DNA of 64,000 nucleotides from contig JACPAF010000002.1 of assembly GCA_016180965.1 (NCBI GenBank), forward strand, positions 82,529-146,528. Direction: 5' to 3'. Below, piece after piece: positions 35,120 to 45,869 of the stretch; the first letter of the stretch is position 1, and every line of letters starts with the position of its first letter. The notes beneath the pieces were generated by a model. It did no database searches and was not told the DNA's origin. It saw only the letters and a list, made by a program, of their open reading frames with translations. Origin of the DNA: Candidatus Aenigmatarchaeota archaeon (GTDB lineage: Archaea; Aenigmatarchaeota; Aenigmatarchaeia; JACPZZ01). The position numbers and the translations under genes are program-made.

Positions 35120-36454
35120 TCATCTCTTAAACACGTGCCATTTGGACTTGCGGAACAGGTGCGAAGCTATTTTTGCCTCAAAACTTTTAGATTTTTTGAA
35201 CAATTGATGAACAATCAATCCCGCCAAGATTACCAATGCTTCTGCAATAAACAATTCCTTTGAAAAATGGGACAGCATAAACATGCTGCTCAAAAGGCCG
35301 AACAGCGCCAAAACTGGAAATTTACCCATGTTGACCGGAGATTTAAACGTGTTTTTTTCGATTGGATTTTTGTAGCGGATAACTATCAGTGACGAATTGA
35401 CAAAAACGTACACTATAAAAATTCCCAAATCTGTGAGAAGCGCGATTGATTTTATGTCTCCCATGAACAATGAGATTAAAACTATTGCCATCACTATTGC
35501 TATGGCCATGTACGGCGTTCTTTTTTTGTCCAGATTACCGATAAATTTTGGCAACGAACCAGAATTGGATAGACCGTAGAGCATTCTTGAAGCGACAAGC
35601 ATTATTATCATAGCAGTGTTGGATGTGGCGAATAGCGCTATCAACGACATGATTAATCCGCCGTTCGGTGTTACCGAAGAAACGACTTCCGTTAACGGCG
35701 CCGATGATTTACCAAGTTTCTCTGAACCTAAAATGCTTATTGCAGATACCGAAACGAGCATATAAAAAAGAGTCGATACGCCTAATGAAATAACGAGCGC
35801 TTTGGGTATTATTTTTCTGGCATTTTTCGTATCTTCGGACATGTTGACTATCTCCTCGAATCCGATGTAAGCGAAAAATATCAGCGACGCTGCGGAAAAT
35901 ATCCCTGCTAAACCGCTTGGCGAACTGAAAAAATCCTGGCTAGGTTTGAATATAAAAAGTAAACCAATCGCAACTATGATCAATAAGCCTAAAATCTCGA
36001 TAAAAGTCGATATTGTGTTATATTTTGTCGAGGCTTTTATTCCGATATAATTAACAGCGGACAAAACTACAACCAAAATTGCAGCAGATATTTTGGCATC
36101 TATTCCGGAGATATAATGCAAATAGCCCCCGAAACCAAGCGCAACCGTAGCGGCGCTAACTACTAGTGTGAACAACATTATCCATTGGACCACGAAAGCC
36201 AACCGATTGTTGTTAAACGCTTTTTTTGTGTAAGTGTATTCTGCTGCGCTTTTTGGGAACCTGCCAGATAATTCTGCGTAACTGAAGCCTGTGAACATGG
36301 CGATAAAGGCTGCGACTACGAACGACAACCACAAAGCGTTTCCGGCTATTGCAGCCCCCTGGCCGATCAGGACATAAATGCCTGCGCCAAGTATGACACC
36401 GATCCCGTAGACGACAACATTAAACAATGTCAACTCTTTTTTTAATTTTTCCAT
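35120..36454 (-). CDS. APC-superfamily amino acid/polyamine permease
   Basis: About 12 TM segments. The N-terminal 'GIGVILGAGIYVLIG' motif is typical of APC transporters. Confidence 0.85.
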   Translation of the reverse strand: MEKLKKELTLFNVVVYGIGVILGAGIYVLIGQGAAIAGNALWLSFVVAAFIAMFTGFSYAELSGRFPKSAAEYTYTKKAFNNNRLAFVVQWIMLFTLVVSAATVALGFGGYLHYISGIDAKISAAILVVVLSAVNYIGIKASTKYNTISTFIEILGLLIIVAIGLLFIFKPSQDFFSSPSGLAGIFSAASLIFFAYIGFEEIVNMSEDTKNARKIIPKALVISLGVSTLFYMLVSVSAISILGSEKLGKSSAPLTEVVSSVTPNGGLIMSLIALFATSNTAMIIMLVASRMLYGLSNSGSLPKFIGNLDKKRTPYMAIAIVMAIVLISLFMGDIKSIALLTDLGIFIVYVFVNSSLIVIRYKNPIEKNTFKSPVNMGKFPVLALFGLLSSMFMLSHFSKELFIAEALVILAGLIVHQLFKKSKSFEAKIASHLFRKSKWHVFKR

Positions 36455-36458
36455 TTTA

Positions 36459-37073
36459 TCACCTTTTGTTTAATTTTTTAATGTGGGGATTCAGGTAATA
36501 AAAAACCGCTGCAATAATACCAACGATTACCAATACGTCCAAAATTGAACTGAACTTGTGTATCTGGTCCCAGCGCTCTCTTAGCTGAATACCGATCCAC
36601 AAAAGGAAGGTGTTCCATGTTGTTGCGCCGATTAAAGTGTACAACGAAAATTTTTTGATGTCCATTTTGGCTAAACCTGCGGGGATTGATATCAAATGGC
36701 GAACCACGGGAATTAAGCGGCTCGCAAAGATCGTTATTGAACCGCGTTTTTTGAACCAAGACTCCGTTTTTTTGAGATGTTCCCTGTCAATAAAAAAGAA
36801 TTTACCGTAATTGTGGATGAGTTTTTTCCCTCCAAAATATGCAATGTAGTAAGACAGCAACGAACCTGTCAATGACGCTAAACTTGTCACAATGACAACA
36901 TACAAAAGGCTCATTTTCCCGTCAGCGACAAGAAAACCCGCAAAAGGCATGACCAATTCACTTGGAACCGGGAATGCCATGCTCTCCATGACCATTAACA
37001 CGAACAGTCCGAAGTAACCGGTTGACGAAATTAGCTGTGTGGTGTGGCTAATTAGAAGATCCGAAATGACCAT
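36459..37073 (-). CDS. DedA/SNARE-associated family membrane protein
   Basis: 'ESMAFPVPSELVMPFAGFL' and 'RLIPVVRHLISIPAGLAKM'. Confidence 0.85.
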   Translation of the reverse strand: MVISDLLISHTTQLISSTGYFGLFVLMVMESMAFPVPSELVMPFAGFLVADGKMSLLYVVIVTSLASLTGSLLSYYIAYFGGKKLIHNYGKFFFIDREHLKKTESWFKKRGSITIFASRLIPVVRHLISIPAGLAKMDIKKFSLYTLIGATTWNTFLLWIGIQLRERWDQIHKFSSILDVLVIVGIIAAVFYYLNPHIKKLNKR

Positions 37074-37139
37074 GCAACAGCATTCGTCTTCTTAACTATT
37101 ATCTGATGTTTAGATCAACTATACCATAAATTTAAATAT

Positions 37140-37331
37140 ATGTTCAACTATATTTTAGATCAAGTAAACACAAAAGGCGGTCATTTGGAAATTTCCCAAT
37201 CCAAGAAACAAATGGTAACGATACAATCGATAGGTGAAACGCCGGTTTTTGCAGTATTCGACTCCAAATCCGAGGCTTTCATGGCTTTGTTTAACCTGAA
37301 TAAAGACAAAATAACCCTCCACGACAATTAG
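37140..37331 (+). CDS. Hypothetical small protein (63 aa)
   Basis: ORF followed by the hairpin AGAAAACC-aat-GGTTTTCT (37330-37348). Confidence 0.35.
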   Translation: MFNYILDQVNTKGGHLEISQSKKQMVTIQSIGETPVFAVFDSKSEAFMALFNLNKDKITLHDN

Positions 37332-37358
37332 AAAACCAATGGTTTTCTCAAACTAGGG

Positions 37359-37736
37359 ATGACTATGAGAATCGAAATAAGAAAAAATGGCGAAAATACG
37401 GGTATACTTATATCGTTCGATATGGATTGTTCCAAATTCGATTCGAACTATGAAAGGAATAAGTTTTTCCGAGGCTTGTACGGTTGGGACCAGGTAATAC
37501 GAAAAAATAACAGCGTTTATCATTATCATCGGGAAGGCGTAATGAACGAGGTCCCGCACATCAAGGTCGACAATTCGGTTTTCATAGTGGCTATGGAAGA
37601 AATGCAACGGATACTGGATTATTTCGGCGAATGGGAAAGTAAGATCCACTGGAAAACTTTCCAAGTGCTCCTGGCTCCGGAAGAGCTGCGTCTACTCGAA
37701 AAGAAGGTCAAAGAGAGCGATTTAAACGAAGAATGA
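37359..37736 (+). CDS. Hypothetical protein (125 aa)
   Basis: ORF only. The alpha/beta pattern could not be assigned to a family. Confidence 0.4.
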   Translation: MTMRIEIRKNGENTGILISFDMDCSKFDSNYERNKFFRGLYGWDQVIRKNNSVYHYHREGVMNEVPHIKVDNSVFIVAMEEMQRILDYFGEWESKIHWKTFQVLLAPEELRLLEKKVKESDLNEE

Positions 37737-37762
37737 AATAATAATTTAAGGAACGTGAAAAG

Positions 37763-40700
37763 ATGAAAGACGAGAAGGTTGAAATCAAGCTCAAGATTGG
37801 CGAATTAACCAACCGCTCGGAAGTGGGACGCGGAATAGTAAGAATGGACATGACCGCGATGAAATCGCTGAACATACGCGAAGGCGACATTGTTGAACTG
37901 GAAGGGCAGAAAAAAACGGCCGCAATCGCTGTACGCGCATACCCGGCCGATGTCGGATTAAATATCATAAGAATGGACGGGCTGCTGCGAATGAATGCGT
38001 CCGTCGGACTCGGTGAAATGGTAAAAATAAGGAAAGCCGAGGCCAAAGAAGCAAAAAAAGTTGTTTTAGCCCCGGCACAGAAAGGTATTTTGCTAACCGT
38101 AAGCCCAAATTTATTGAGGCAAAATTTGATAATGCGCCCGCTTGTAAAAGGCGACATTATATCACCTTCACCGGTTTATAGAAAACGCACGAATACCATG
38201 TTCGATGAGTTTTTCGGCGTCGACGTTGAGAATTTCTTTTTTGGCCTGCCGATAGGGTTTCCGGGAGACATAAAATTAATGGTTGTTAAAACCCAGCCGG
38301 AAGGCATTGTAAAAGTTACAGATATCACGGAAATGGAATTGCTGACCGAAGCTGTTGAGGCTGACGAGAAAAAGATACCTGCTGTAACTTACGAAGATAT
38401 AGGCGGTTTAGGCGATGCTATTCAAAAAATTCGGGAGATGGTAGAACTTCCGCTAAGGCATCCGGAATTGTTCGAGAGATTAGGAATTGAACCGCCGAAA
38501 GGAATTTTATTGTACGGGCCACCCGGGACTGGAAAAACATTATTAGCCCGGGCTGTGGCCAATGAATCCGGCGCAAACTTTTTGACGATAAGCGGTCCTG
38601 AGATAATGAGTAAATGGTACGGCCAGAGTTTGCCATACAATCAGGAAATTGTTATTTTAGAGGATGGTTTAATAAAGAAAAAACCAATAGGCGAAGTGGT
38701 TCAAAGCGGAAATAAAAATATAAAAGTTCTAGCTTTCGATGAAAACGGAAAAACCACATTCTCACAAGTCACTGATCTGATAAAGCATAAAAACAGATCA
38801 AAGATTTTAGAAGTGAAAACACAAAGCGGCAGGAAAATTAAAGTCACGGATTACCATTCGCTTTTCACATTAAAGGGCAATAAGATTGAATCGGTAAAAA
38901 CTTCTGAACTCATACCTGGACAATCTTATGTTGCCGTACCTAAGATGATTCCCGTAGCAGAAAACATTGTAAAAGAAATAAATTTCTTGGAATACCTCAG
39001 AAAAAACGATTTAGGCCTTGTTATCAGAGATGTTAAAAACCAGCTAAGACTGGCGACCGAAAAACTTGGCCACAGGGAAACTGCTAAGATGCTTGGATTC
39101 AAAGAAAAATATCTATATGACGTAATTTCAAAAAATGTCGGAATAAAAGTTTCTAAATTTTTAGAATTGATGGAAAAAGCTGCGATTTCGATAGATCCTG
39201 AACAGATTAATATATCTTCCAAAGGAAAATCCCTGCCCGCTAAAATAAAAATTACGAAAGATTTCTGTGAATTTTTAGGCTTATGGATAGCTGAAGGATC
39301 TTTCAATGGGGACGAAGCTGTTAGGATAAGCATCCACCAAAACGAAGTCAAAAAAGTATTGCCATTGATTGAAAGCTTGTTTGGAAAGGCGACATTATAC
39401 CAAAAGAAAGACGGAAAGGGTGTGGACATATACATAACCCACAAGGTTCTGGTAACCTTCATGAAAAATCTTCTTGGAATGGCGGATGGAGCAAGAAGAA
39501 AGAAAGTGCCTGAAATTATATTTTCTACGGGCAGAGAAAATATAGCTGCATTTTTACGCGGCTACTTTTCTGGTGATGGATCGCTGGCCCAAAATCACCG
39601 CAATGTAATTACGATAGAAGGGTCTACGGAAAGTGAAAAACTGGCAAATGATTTGACATACCTTTTAACTTACTTCGGTATAGTTGCGAAAATCTATCCC
39701 AGAGCAAGAGACGGCCACGAAGCTTATAGAGTTTGTTTTGCTGGCGCGCAGCCAATTGAAAAATTCAAGGAGATAGGATTTTTCGACCATGATAAAATGG
39801 AAAAAATAAACAACTATCTAAACGGTGTAAAATGGGACAGGGACGCCCAGATCCCAATAACATCCTCTATCAAATCTTATTTATCGAATGTCAACGATGC
39901 AAAGCCGTGGACGTCATCTTCAACAATAGGCATAGGCAAGCTTGAACAATTTGCATCGCAGACGGAAGGTTTAGGTCATGAGGATATTTTGAGAATCAAA
40001 AAACTGGTTAACATGGACATATACTGGGACAGGGTTGAAGAAATCAATGAAGTAGAAAATGAAGAATATGTTTATGATATTTCTGTAAACCCGGCACAAA
40101 ACTTTGTCGGTGGATTTGGTGGTATATTTGCACACAACTCCGAAGAAAACTTAAGGAAAATTTTCGAGGATGCTGAAAAGAATGCGCCCAGTATAATTTT
40201 CATAGACGAGGTTGATGCCATTGCTCCGAAGAGGGAAGAAGTCACGGGAGAGGTTGAACGAAGAGTCGTTGCGCAATTGTTATCATTGATGGATGGAATG
40301 AGAAAACGCGGGCGTGTTGTTGTTATCGCTGCGACTAACCGCGAAAATGCAATAGACCCTGCGTTGCGAAGGCCTGGCAGGTTTGACCGCGAAGTCGAAA
40401 TAGGCGTGCCGGACCGCAAAGGGCGCCGTGAGGTTTTGCAAATTCATACGAGGAACATGCCTCTTGATAAAACAGTTAGTATTGACGAGTTGGCCGCGAA
40501 AACGCACGGGTTTGTAGGCGCGGATGTTGAGGCGCTGGCCAAAGAAGCTGCGATTTCCGTTTTGCGGCGCGTGTTACCGGAAATACGATGGAGGGAAGAA
40601 GGCGAAATTCCGAGTGAGATAATGGAAAAATTAATTGTTACTTCGGTCGATTTCGACAATGCTTTAAAAATTGTTGAACCGTCGGCTATGCGCGAGGTTT

Positions 40701-41563
40701 TAGTTGAGATCCCAAATGTAAAGTGGTCGGACATCGGCGGGATGGAAGAATTGAAAGAGCGATTACAAGAAGTTATTGAATGGCCTTTGCAGAATCCGGA
40801 CGCTTTCAAGAAAATGGGAATAAAACCGCCCCGCGGCATACTTTTATACGGGCCTCCGGGCTGCGGAAAGACTATGATCGTGAAGGCTGTGGCGAATGAA
40901 GCGGGATTGAATTTCATATCTATCAAAGGGCCGGAACTGCTTTCAAAATGGGTGGGCGAAAGCGAAAAGGCGGTGCGCGAAATATTTCGCAGGGCAAGGC
41001 AGGTATCGCCGGCTATTGTGTTTTTTGATGAAATAGACGCGCTAGCTCCGAGAAGGGGTTTGGAAATGGGATCGCGCGTTACGGAACAGGTTGTTTCTCA
41101 ATTGTTAACTGAAATGTCAGGTTTAGAAGATTTGCATGATGTAATTGTTATCGCAGCGACGAACAGGCCTGACATTTTGGATCCAGCTTTGTTGAGACCG
41201 GGACGCTTTGACCGTCACATACTCGTGACCGCTCCGGACGCGGACGCAAGGGAAAAGATTTTCAAGGTGCACACCAGCGGGATGCCGTTAAACAAAGACG
41301 TTTCGATAGAAAAAATTGCAAAAGAAACTGAAGGTTATTCCGGTGCGGACATCGAGGCGTTGTGCCGCGAAGCTGCAATCTCGGCTTTGAGGGAAGACAT
41401 TAAGGCCAAAGAGGTTAGATGGAGGCATTTCGAGGCAATGTTGAAAGTTATAAAACCATCGCTGTCGCCGGAATTAATGCGCGCATACCAGGCCGTATTC
41501 GAAATGATGAAAAAGCCCGACAAAAAAGATGAGCTGCAGGAACAACTGAGTTACGTGGGATGA
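37763..41563 (+). CDS. cdc48: CDC48/VCP-type AAA+ ATPase (two AAA domains) interrupted by an intein in D1
   Basis: N-domain, then D1 Walker A 'GPPGTGKT', then the intein, then 'IIFIDEVD', then D2 'GPPGCGKT' and 'IVFFDEID'. The protein is 762 aa without the intein. Confidence 0.95.
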   Translation: MKDEKVEIKLKIGELTNRSEVGRGIVRMDMTAMKSLNIREGDIVELEGQKKTAAIAVRAYPADVGLNIIRMDGLLRMNASVGLGEMVKIRKAEAKEAKKVVLAPAQKGILLTVSPNLLRQNLIMRPLVKGDIISPSPVYRKRTNTMFDEFFGVDVENFFFGLPIGFPGDIKLMVVKTQPEGIVKVTDITEMELLTEAVEADEKKIPAVTYEDIGGLGDAIQKIREMVELPLRHPELFERLGIEPPKGILLYGPPGTGKTLLARAVANESGANFLTISGPEIMSKWYGQSLPYNQEIVILEDGLIKKKPIGEVVQSGNKNIKVLAFDENGKTTFSQVTDLIKHKNRSKILEVKTQSGRKIKVTDYHSLFTLKGNKIESVKTSELIPGQSYVAVPKMIPVAENIVKEINFLEYLRKNDLGLVIRDVKNQLRLATEKLGHRETAKMLGFKEKYLYDVISKNVGIKVSKFLELMEKAAISIDPEQINISSKGKSLPAKIKITKDFCEFLGLWIAEGSFNGDEAVRISIHQNEVKKVLPLIESLFGKATLYQKKDGKGVDIYITHKVLVTFMKNLLGMADGARRKKVPEIIFSTGRENIAAFLRGYFSGDGSLAQNHRNVITIEGSTESEKLANDLTYLLTYFGIVAKIYPRARDGHEAYRVCFAGAQPIEKFKEIGFFDHDKMEKINNYLNGVKWDRDAQIPITSSIKSYLSNVNDAKPWTSSSTIGIGKLEQFASQTEGLGHEDILRIKKLVNMDIYWDRVEEINEVENEEYVYDISVNPAQNFVGGFGGIFAHNSEENLRKIFEDAEKNAPSIIFIDEVDAIAPKREEVTGEVERRVVAQLLSLMDGMRKRGRVVVIAATNRENAIDPALRRPGRFDREVEIGVPDRKGRREVLQIHTRNMPLDKTVSIDELAAKTHGFVGADVEALAKEAAISVLRRVLPEIRWREEGEIPSEIMEKLIVTSVDFDNALKIVEPSAMREVLVEIPNVKWSDIGGMEELKERLQEVIEWPLQNPDAFKKMGIKPPRGILLYGPPGCGKTMIVKAVANEAGLNFISIKGPELLSKWVGESEKAVREIFRRARQVSPAIVFFDEIDALAPRRGLEMGSRVTEQVVSQLLTEMSGLEDLHDVIVIAATNRPDILDPALLRPGRFDRHILVTAPDADAREKIFKVHTSGMPLNKDVSIEKIAKETEGYSGADIEALCREAAISALREDIKAKEVRWRHFEAMLKVIKPSLSPELMRAYQAVFEMMKKPDKKDELQEQLSYVG
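38627..40138 (+). mobile_element. Intein (504 aa) with a LAGLIDADG homing-endonuclease domain, inserted in Cdc48 D1
   Basis: The host sequence 'SKWYGQ|SEENLRK' is restored on excision. The intein starts '[14 protein letters not shown]'. Block B is 'VTDYHSLF'. LAGLIDADG motifs are '[11 protein letters not shown]' and '[11 protein letters not shown]'. It ends 'GIFAHN' followed by Ser. Confidence 0.9.
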
Positions 41564-41566
41564 ATA

Positions 41567-42157
41567 ATGGTAGATGTTTACATATTTGGTGAGCGCCACA
41601 ACGATGAAAGGCACTCAAGGCAGCAATCCAAATTCATTCTCAAAAAGAAACCAGACTGGGTTCTAATGGAACATCTTGGAGAACAAGTCAAAGAAGATCC
41701 TAAATTTTTGCAATCAATGCCTCCTGATAGCATTGAAATGCGAAAATTGCGAATGATTGGAAAAGCTGGTGAAACCGTAGGTGCCAAACTTGCTGGCTGT
41801 GATCCGGATATGCCTTACCGATTAGCTGGCAGGCATTCCCGAATAGTGCAATCGGCTGATGATCGCAAAAATCCTCACAAATACATGAGCTATACCCCAA
41901 AACTAGGAGGTAGCCAATACACATCAGAAGCCAAAAGAGAGGAAAGGATGGCAAAAGTGATAACAGCGTACGTAAAAGATCACAATCCCGGCAAGCCAAT
42001 GGTTGCTATCGTAGGCCGTTACCACATCAGGAACGATTCGATACTTTTAAAAACTCTCGAAGACTTTGGTATAAGTTATCAAATAATTGATCAACGAATA
42101 AAAAAACCTTCCGGAAGACCAAATGATGAATACGTCAAAAAGAAACCCTCCTTATGA
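41567..42157 (+). CDS. Hypothetical protein, possibly ChaN/DUF399-like
   Basis: The N-terminal 'VYIFGERHNDERH' resembles the 'GExH' motif of ChaN/Tiki-type proteins. Weak support. Confidence 0.35.
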   Translation: MVDVYIFGERHNDERHSRQQSKFILKKKPDWVLMEHLGEQVKEDPKFLQSMPPDSIEMRKLRMIGKAGETVGAKLAGCDPDMPYRLAGRHSRIVQSADDRKNPHKYMSYTPKLGGSQYTSEAKREERMAKVITAYVKDHNPGKPMVAIVGRYHIRNDSILLKTLEDFGISYQIIDQRIKKPSGRPNDEYVKKKPSL

Positions 42158-42169
42158 ATGATATACCAA

Positions 42170-42856
42170 TCAAATATACAATAAACCCGCAAGCCTGTTA
42201 ATTAAAACATCCGGATTCGCTTTTTCCAACATATCACGTGTGTGATAACTACCACGCCTGCTAATTGCTATTGATGTGGTTTTCGTTGCACGAGCCACTG
42301 ACACGTCCCATGTCTTGTCGCCCGTGTAACAACCTTTCTCCGGCGGCACGCCAAGCGTTTGGAATGCGTATTCAAGCGGCTTGGGCGAGGGTTTCATTTC
42401 ATCCACATCTTCCGCACTCACACTTAAATCCACAATTCTGTCCAATCCATATTCATGCATGTGCATATCCAACCTGCTGCGCGGTATGTTTGAAACTATC
42501 CCAACAACTTTTTTTCGCGCCTTCAATTCCGTTATAGTTGGAACTGCGTCCGGAAAAGCAGAAACCATATGAGCGTACCTGGAATCGAAGAATTGCCTGA
42601 ATAACCTGTCAACATCGGCGCGTTCGCTTTGCTGGAACCCGTGTTTCAGGTAATGGTCCCAATAATGGCTGCCTTCAAAACTTCGATAATCGGCAAGTGT
42701 TGGCGGTTTCCTACCAAAAGATAAAAAAACATCCACTATGGAACGATAAACTGCGGGTAATTCGTCCCGTATCGTCCCGTTCATGTCTATCAGAAAACAA
42801 TCCGCTTCTGCTATGGACTCACGATACGTACTCAGAATACTTTTGTTCTTGGCCAT
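42170..42856 (-). CDS. HAD-superfamily hydrolase (motif I variant D-x-N)
   Basis: Motif I 'LIDMNGT', motif II 'VSN' and a motif IV-like 'GDKTWDV'. Paralogue of 43873..44511. Confidence 0.75.
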   Translation of the reverse strand: MAKNKSILSTYRESIAEADCFLIDMNGTIRDELPAVYRSIVDVFLSFGRKPPTLADYRSFEGSHYWDHYLKHGFQQSERADVDRLFRQFFDSRYAHMVSAFPDAVPTITELKARKKVVGIVSNIPRSRLDMHMHEYGLDRIVDLSVSAEDVDEMKPSPKPLEYAFQTLGVPPEKGCYTGDKTWDVSVARATKTTSIAISRRGSYHTRDMLEKANPDVLINRLAGLLYI

Positions 42857-42941
42857 GGTAGTAATTCAATGCAAACTTATAAAAACGACGATTCATGACC
42901 AGCGAATGTATTCTTATGTTTTTCATTACCAAGTTTTCATA

Positions 42942-43871
42942 ATGAGCTATAAGACTTTGATAGTTACCGACCCCTTCAATGACGTAGACGACATTGTGGC
43001 ACTTTACACGACTCTAAAATCCGGTAAAATCGATGTCAAAGGTGTGGTTACAACTTATGGAGATGCTAGAACAAGGGCAAAAGGCACCAGAAAATTCTTT
43101 GGAATTGCAGGTTTTGAAAGCGTACCGATCCATTACGGCGTAAGCGGCAACGGCAATTTTGACGTGCCGAACCAGATGCCTGAAAGCGGCTATGAATTCC
43201 TTGGAGAGAAAGAGCTTGCATCGAGTGATGATGAATTTGGGATAAAACCCGGCGGAGAAGAATTTATCTCGCGCACAATCAGGGAAAACCCAAAAAATAT
43301 TTCAATAGTTTCAATAGCGCCTATGACCAGCATCGCGAATGCATTTGATATTGCAGATCCCAGCGATGTTAAAAGGATTTACGTAATGGCCGGGCGCGTT
43401 GGCGGTTATGATAACAGACCAGACGCACAGCACCACAACGCAAGAGTTCCATCGTACAACGTCGCATGTGATGTCGAGGCGTCGAGGAAAGTTCTCAATT
43501 CAGGGGCAGAAATTTATGTTGTAGGCAAAAACCTATGGTCTGACGATCTTTTCAAACTCGAAGATTTCGAACAGCTAAAAAACGGGACGGATGCACAAAA
43601 ACAATTGTGGAGAATGATAAAACTCAGGGACGAATTTAATGTAAAAACTCTCAGCCCGTTCGGGATAAAAACGATAACATACATGTTCGATTCGATAACA
43701 ATGGGCGCATTGCTATTTCCCGAGCTTTACGATTTCCAAAAAATAGATTTGCGCACCGATGATTCTGGAATAATGGAAACCAAACCGTCAAGAAGCGGCA
43801 AAGTTTACGGCGCAGTCGATGCTAATTTACCTGAAATAAAAAACAGGCTTATGCAAATTATCCTGGGATGA
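42942..43871 (+). CDS. Inosine/uridine-preferring nucleoside hydrolase family protein
   Basis: The N-terminal 'LIVTDPFNDVDDIVAL' is a DxDxxxDD-type motif. The start was set at 'MSYKTLIV' (track ORF starts at 42783). Confidence 0.75.
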   Translation: MSYKTLIVTDPFNDVDDIVALYTTLKSGKIDVKGVVTTYGDARTRAKGTRKFFGIAGFESVPIHYGVSGNGNFDVPNQMPESGYEFLGEKELASSDDEFGIKPGGEEFISRTIRENPKNISIVSIAPMTSIANAFDIADPSDVKRIYVMAGRVGGYDNRPDAQHHNARVPSYNVACDVEASRKVLNSGAEIYVVGKNLWSDDLFKLEDFEQLKNGTDAQKQLWRMIKLRDEFNVKTLSPFGIKTITYMFDSITMGALLFPELYDFQKIDLRTDDSGIMETKPSRSGKVYGAVDANLPEIKNRLMQIILG

Positions 43872-43872
43872 A

Positions 43873-44511
43873 TTATTCTACCAAAAGTTCTTCAAGATTG
43901 TGGATTAGTTTTTCCGGGTTAGCCGCAAATAAAGCGGATTCTTCGTGCTGGCCCAACTTCCTGCTGATCGCGATCGCTTCTGTTCCGGCTGCATGAGCTG
44001 ACATAATGTCCCAAGTTTTGTCAGCCACGTAACAACCATTCTGGGGGGATATACCCAAACGACGGAACGCCACCAATAAAGGTTTTGCAGAGGGCTTGCG
44101 CTCTTCAACTTCATCGCCTCCCACAACAACGGACACAAATTTTTCCAGGCCATAATCGGCCAATTGGGATTTCACAGCCGCGGCACGGTGATTTGAAACA
44201 ACACCGATCATGGCTCCATTGTTTTTTAAACCGGAGATCGCAGGGTATGCATCGGGAAAAATCTTTACAGCAGCCTCGTAGCGGGAATGGAATATTTCGC
44301 TGAAACGCCTTTCAACCGCCTGTTTTTCGGATTCGTCGAACCCGCGCTTTTTATAAGTATCCCAAAAATCCGGACTAGGATTATTTCTATATTCTCTTAT
44401 GGTTGGCGGATTCCTTCCAAACTCGTGAAAAACCTCAACCATGGATTCATAGACTGCGGAAAAATCGTCCCTGATGGTTCCGTCCATGTCGAACAAGTAA
44501 AGTTTTTTCAT
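43873..44511 (-). CDS. HAD-superfamily hydrolase (phosphatase)
   Basis: Canonical motif I 'LFDMDGT', then 'VSN' and 'ADKTWDI'. Confidence 0.8.
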   Translation of the reverse strand: MKKLYLFDMDGTIRDDFSAVYESMVEVFHEFGRNPPTIREYRNNPSPDFWDTYKKRGFDESEKQAVERRFSEIFHSRYEAAVKIFPDAYPAISGLKNNGAMIGVVSNHRAAAVKSQLADYGLEKFVSVVVGGDEVEERKPSAKPLLVAFRRLGISPQNGCYVADKTWDIMSAHAAGTEAIAISRKLGQHEESALFAANPEKLIHNLEELLVE

Positions 44512-44532
44512 ACCGTAACCCGATAAATGTTT

Positions 44533-45246
44533 TTACGCAGTATTATTCTTTTCATAGTGTTGGCGCGAACCCCTCAAAGCCATTCTGTTCGCCACGACCC
44601 CTATATGGGGTATCAAATAAGTCGGTTGTTTTGCCAACAACCTTTCACGGTTGCTGTAGCTGCCCTCATAAACTATGGCTGCAGTCTCCAGGCCAGCAGC
44701 GTGCCCCGCCACTATGTCCGTGACGCTGTCGCCAACCATAATTCCGCGAACCTCGTGGGCTCTTACTTTTTTCTTTTGTATTCCCAGCTTCTCCATGGCC
44801 ACATACAAAGGTACTGGCGAAGGTTTTTGTTCATCGCAGTCGTCCCTTGTCACAGCTACTCCAATAAAATCGTCAAATCCGAAACGCCTGGAGTATCCTT
44901 CCCAAGATTTTCTCGACATGCTCGTAACTACTCCTATACGCCTTGATCTTAACAACTTCAATGCACTAGTCACTTCCGCCGGTTCTGTTACCATAAATTT
45001 CATTCCGTCGAAATAAGCCCTGTAACGGTTGATGGCCTCGTTAACATCATTTGCCGGTACTCCGAGTGACTCATAGAAACGTTTCAAATTCGGATTCTGC
45101 CTTTCCCTCCACGTGTCTATATCCAGAGGCTTCAAATCAAAACTCTCCAAGACCTGGTTTAACGCGGCCAACGCAGGTTCCGCAGAATTCAACAGAGGCC
45201 CGTCTCCATCAAACAAGTAAACCAGAGGGCGGTTTAACTTAGGCAT
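44533..45246 (-). CDS. HAD-superfamily hydrolase (divergent)
   Basis: Motif I 'LFDGDGP', then 'VTSMSR' and 'GDSVTDI'. Confidence 0.7.
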   Translation of the reverse strand: MPKLNRPLVYLFDGDGPLLNSAEPALAALNQVLESFDLKPLDIDTWRERQNPNLKRFYESLGVPANDVNEAINRYRAYFDGMKFMVTEPAEVTSALKLLRSRRIGVVTSMSRKSWEGYSRRFGFDDFIGVAVTRDDCDEQKPSPVPLYVAMEKLGIQKKKVRAHEVRGIMVGDSVTDIVAGHAAGLETAAIVYEGSYSNRERLLAKQPTYLIPHIGVVANRMALRGSRQHYEKNNTA

Positions 45247-45262
45247 GTTAAATCCTTTTTAA

Positions 45263-45847
45263 TTATTGTTTACCCAATCCGATTTTCCGGGCGATTATCT
45301 GCTTAACCGGTTCATCCGCGATTAAACCCTGATATATTGCAAGGCCCGCGGTGGGTGATGTTTCCAAATCTTTCACACCTGTCATGTCAGAGCCGGACAA
45401 GTCCGTATATCTTAAACTGATTCCTCTCACGTATGCGCTATTAAGTTTGACATTACGCATTACCGCATTGTCCAAGGTCGCGTATGCCATCCTGCTTCTT
45501 GTGTCAGAACCGTTCGGGTTTTTATATGGCCCGAAATCCGAATCGCTGAGAAACCCATAACTGAAATTCACGTTCAATGCACGAACTCCGCGCGCCCTCG
45601 TATGGGGCGCGTATATATGCGGGGCTTGCACGCCGGATATATCCGCGAGATCGAAAATCAAAGGCTCACTTTCCAGATTGGACATAGTGAGATAATCGTT
45701 GATTCTTTGCATGTGTTCCAACACGATGTTTTCGCCTATGATTTTGGTCCTGCTGAAATCGCGCTCGCCGGCGAAAAGTTTCCTCATCCATTCGGATCCT
45801 GTCATTTGGACATGTTTTTGCATAAATTCCACTGCGAATATCATCAA
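45263..45847 (-). CDS. Pentapeptide-repeat-like protein
   Basis: The C-terminal half, 'ATLDNAVMRNVKLNSAYVRGISLRYTDLSGSDMTG', follows the A(D/N)LxX quasi-repeat. Confidence 0.5.
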   Translation of the reverse strand: MMIFAVEFMQKHVQMTGSEWMRKLFAGERDFSRTKIIGENIVLEHMQRINDYLTMSNLESEPLIFDLADISGVQAPHIYAPHTRARGVRALNVNFSYGFLSDSDFGPYKNPNGSDTRSRMAYATLDNAVMRNVKLNSAYVRGISLRYTDLSGSDMTGVKDLETSPTAGLAIYQGLIADEPVKQIIARKIGLGKQ

Positions 45848-45869
45848 AAACTAGACTTATATCCTTTGA

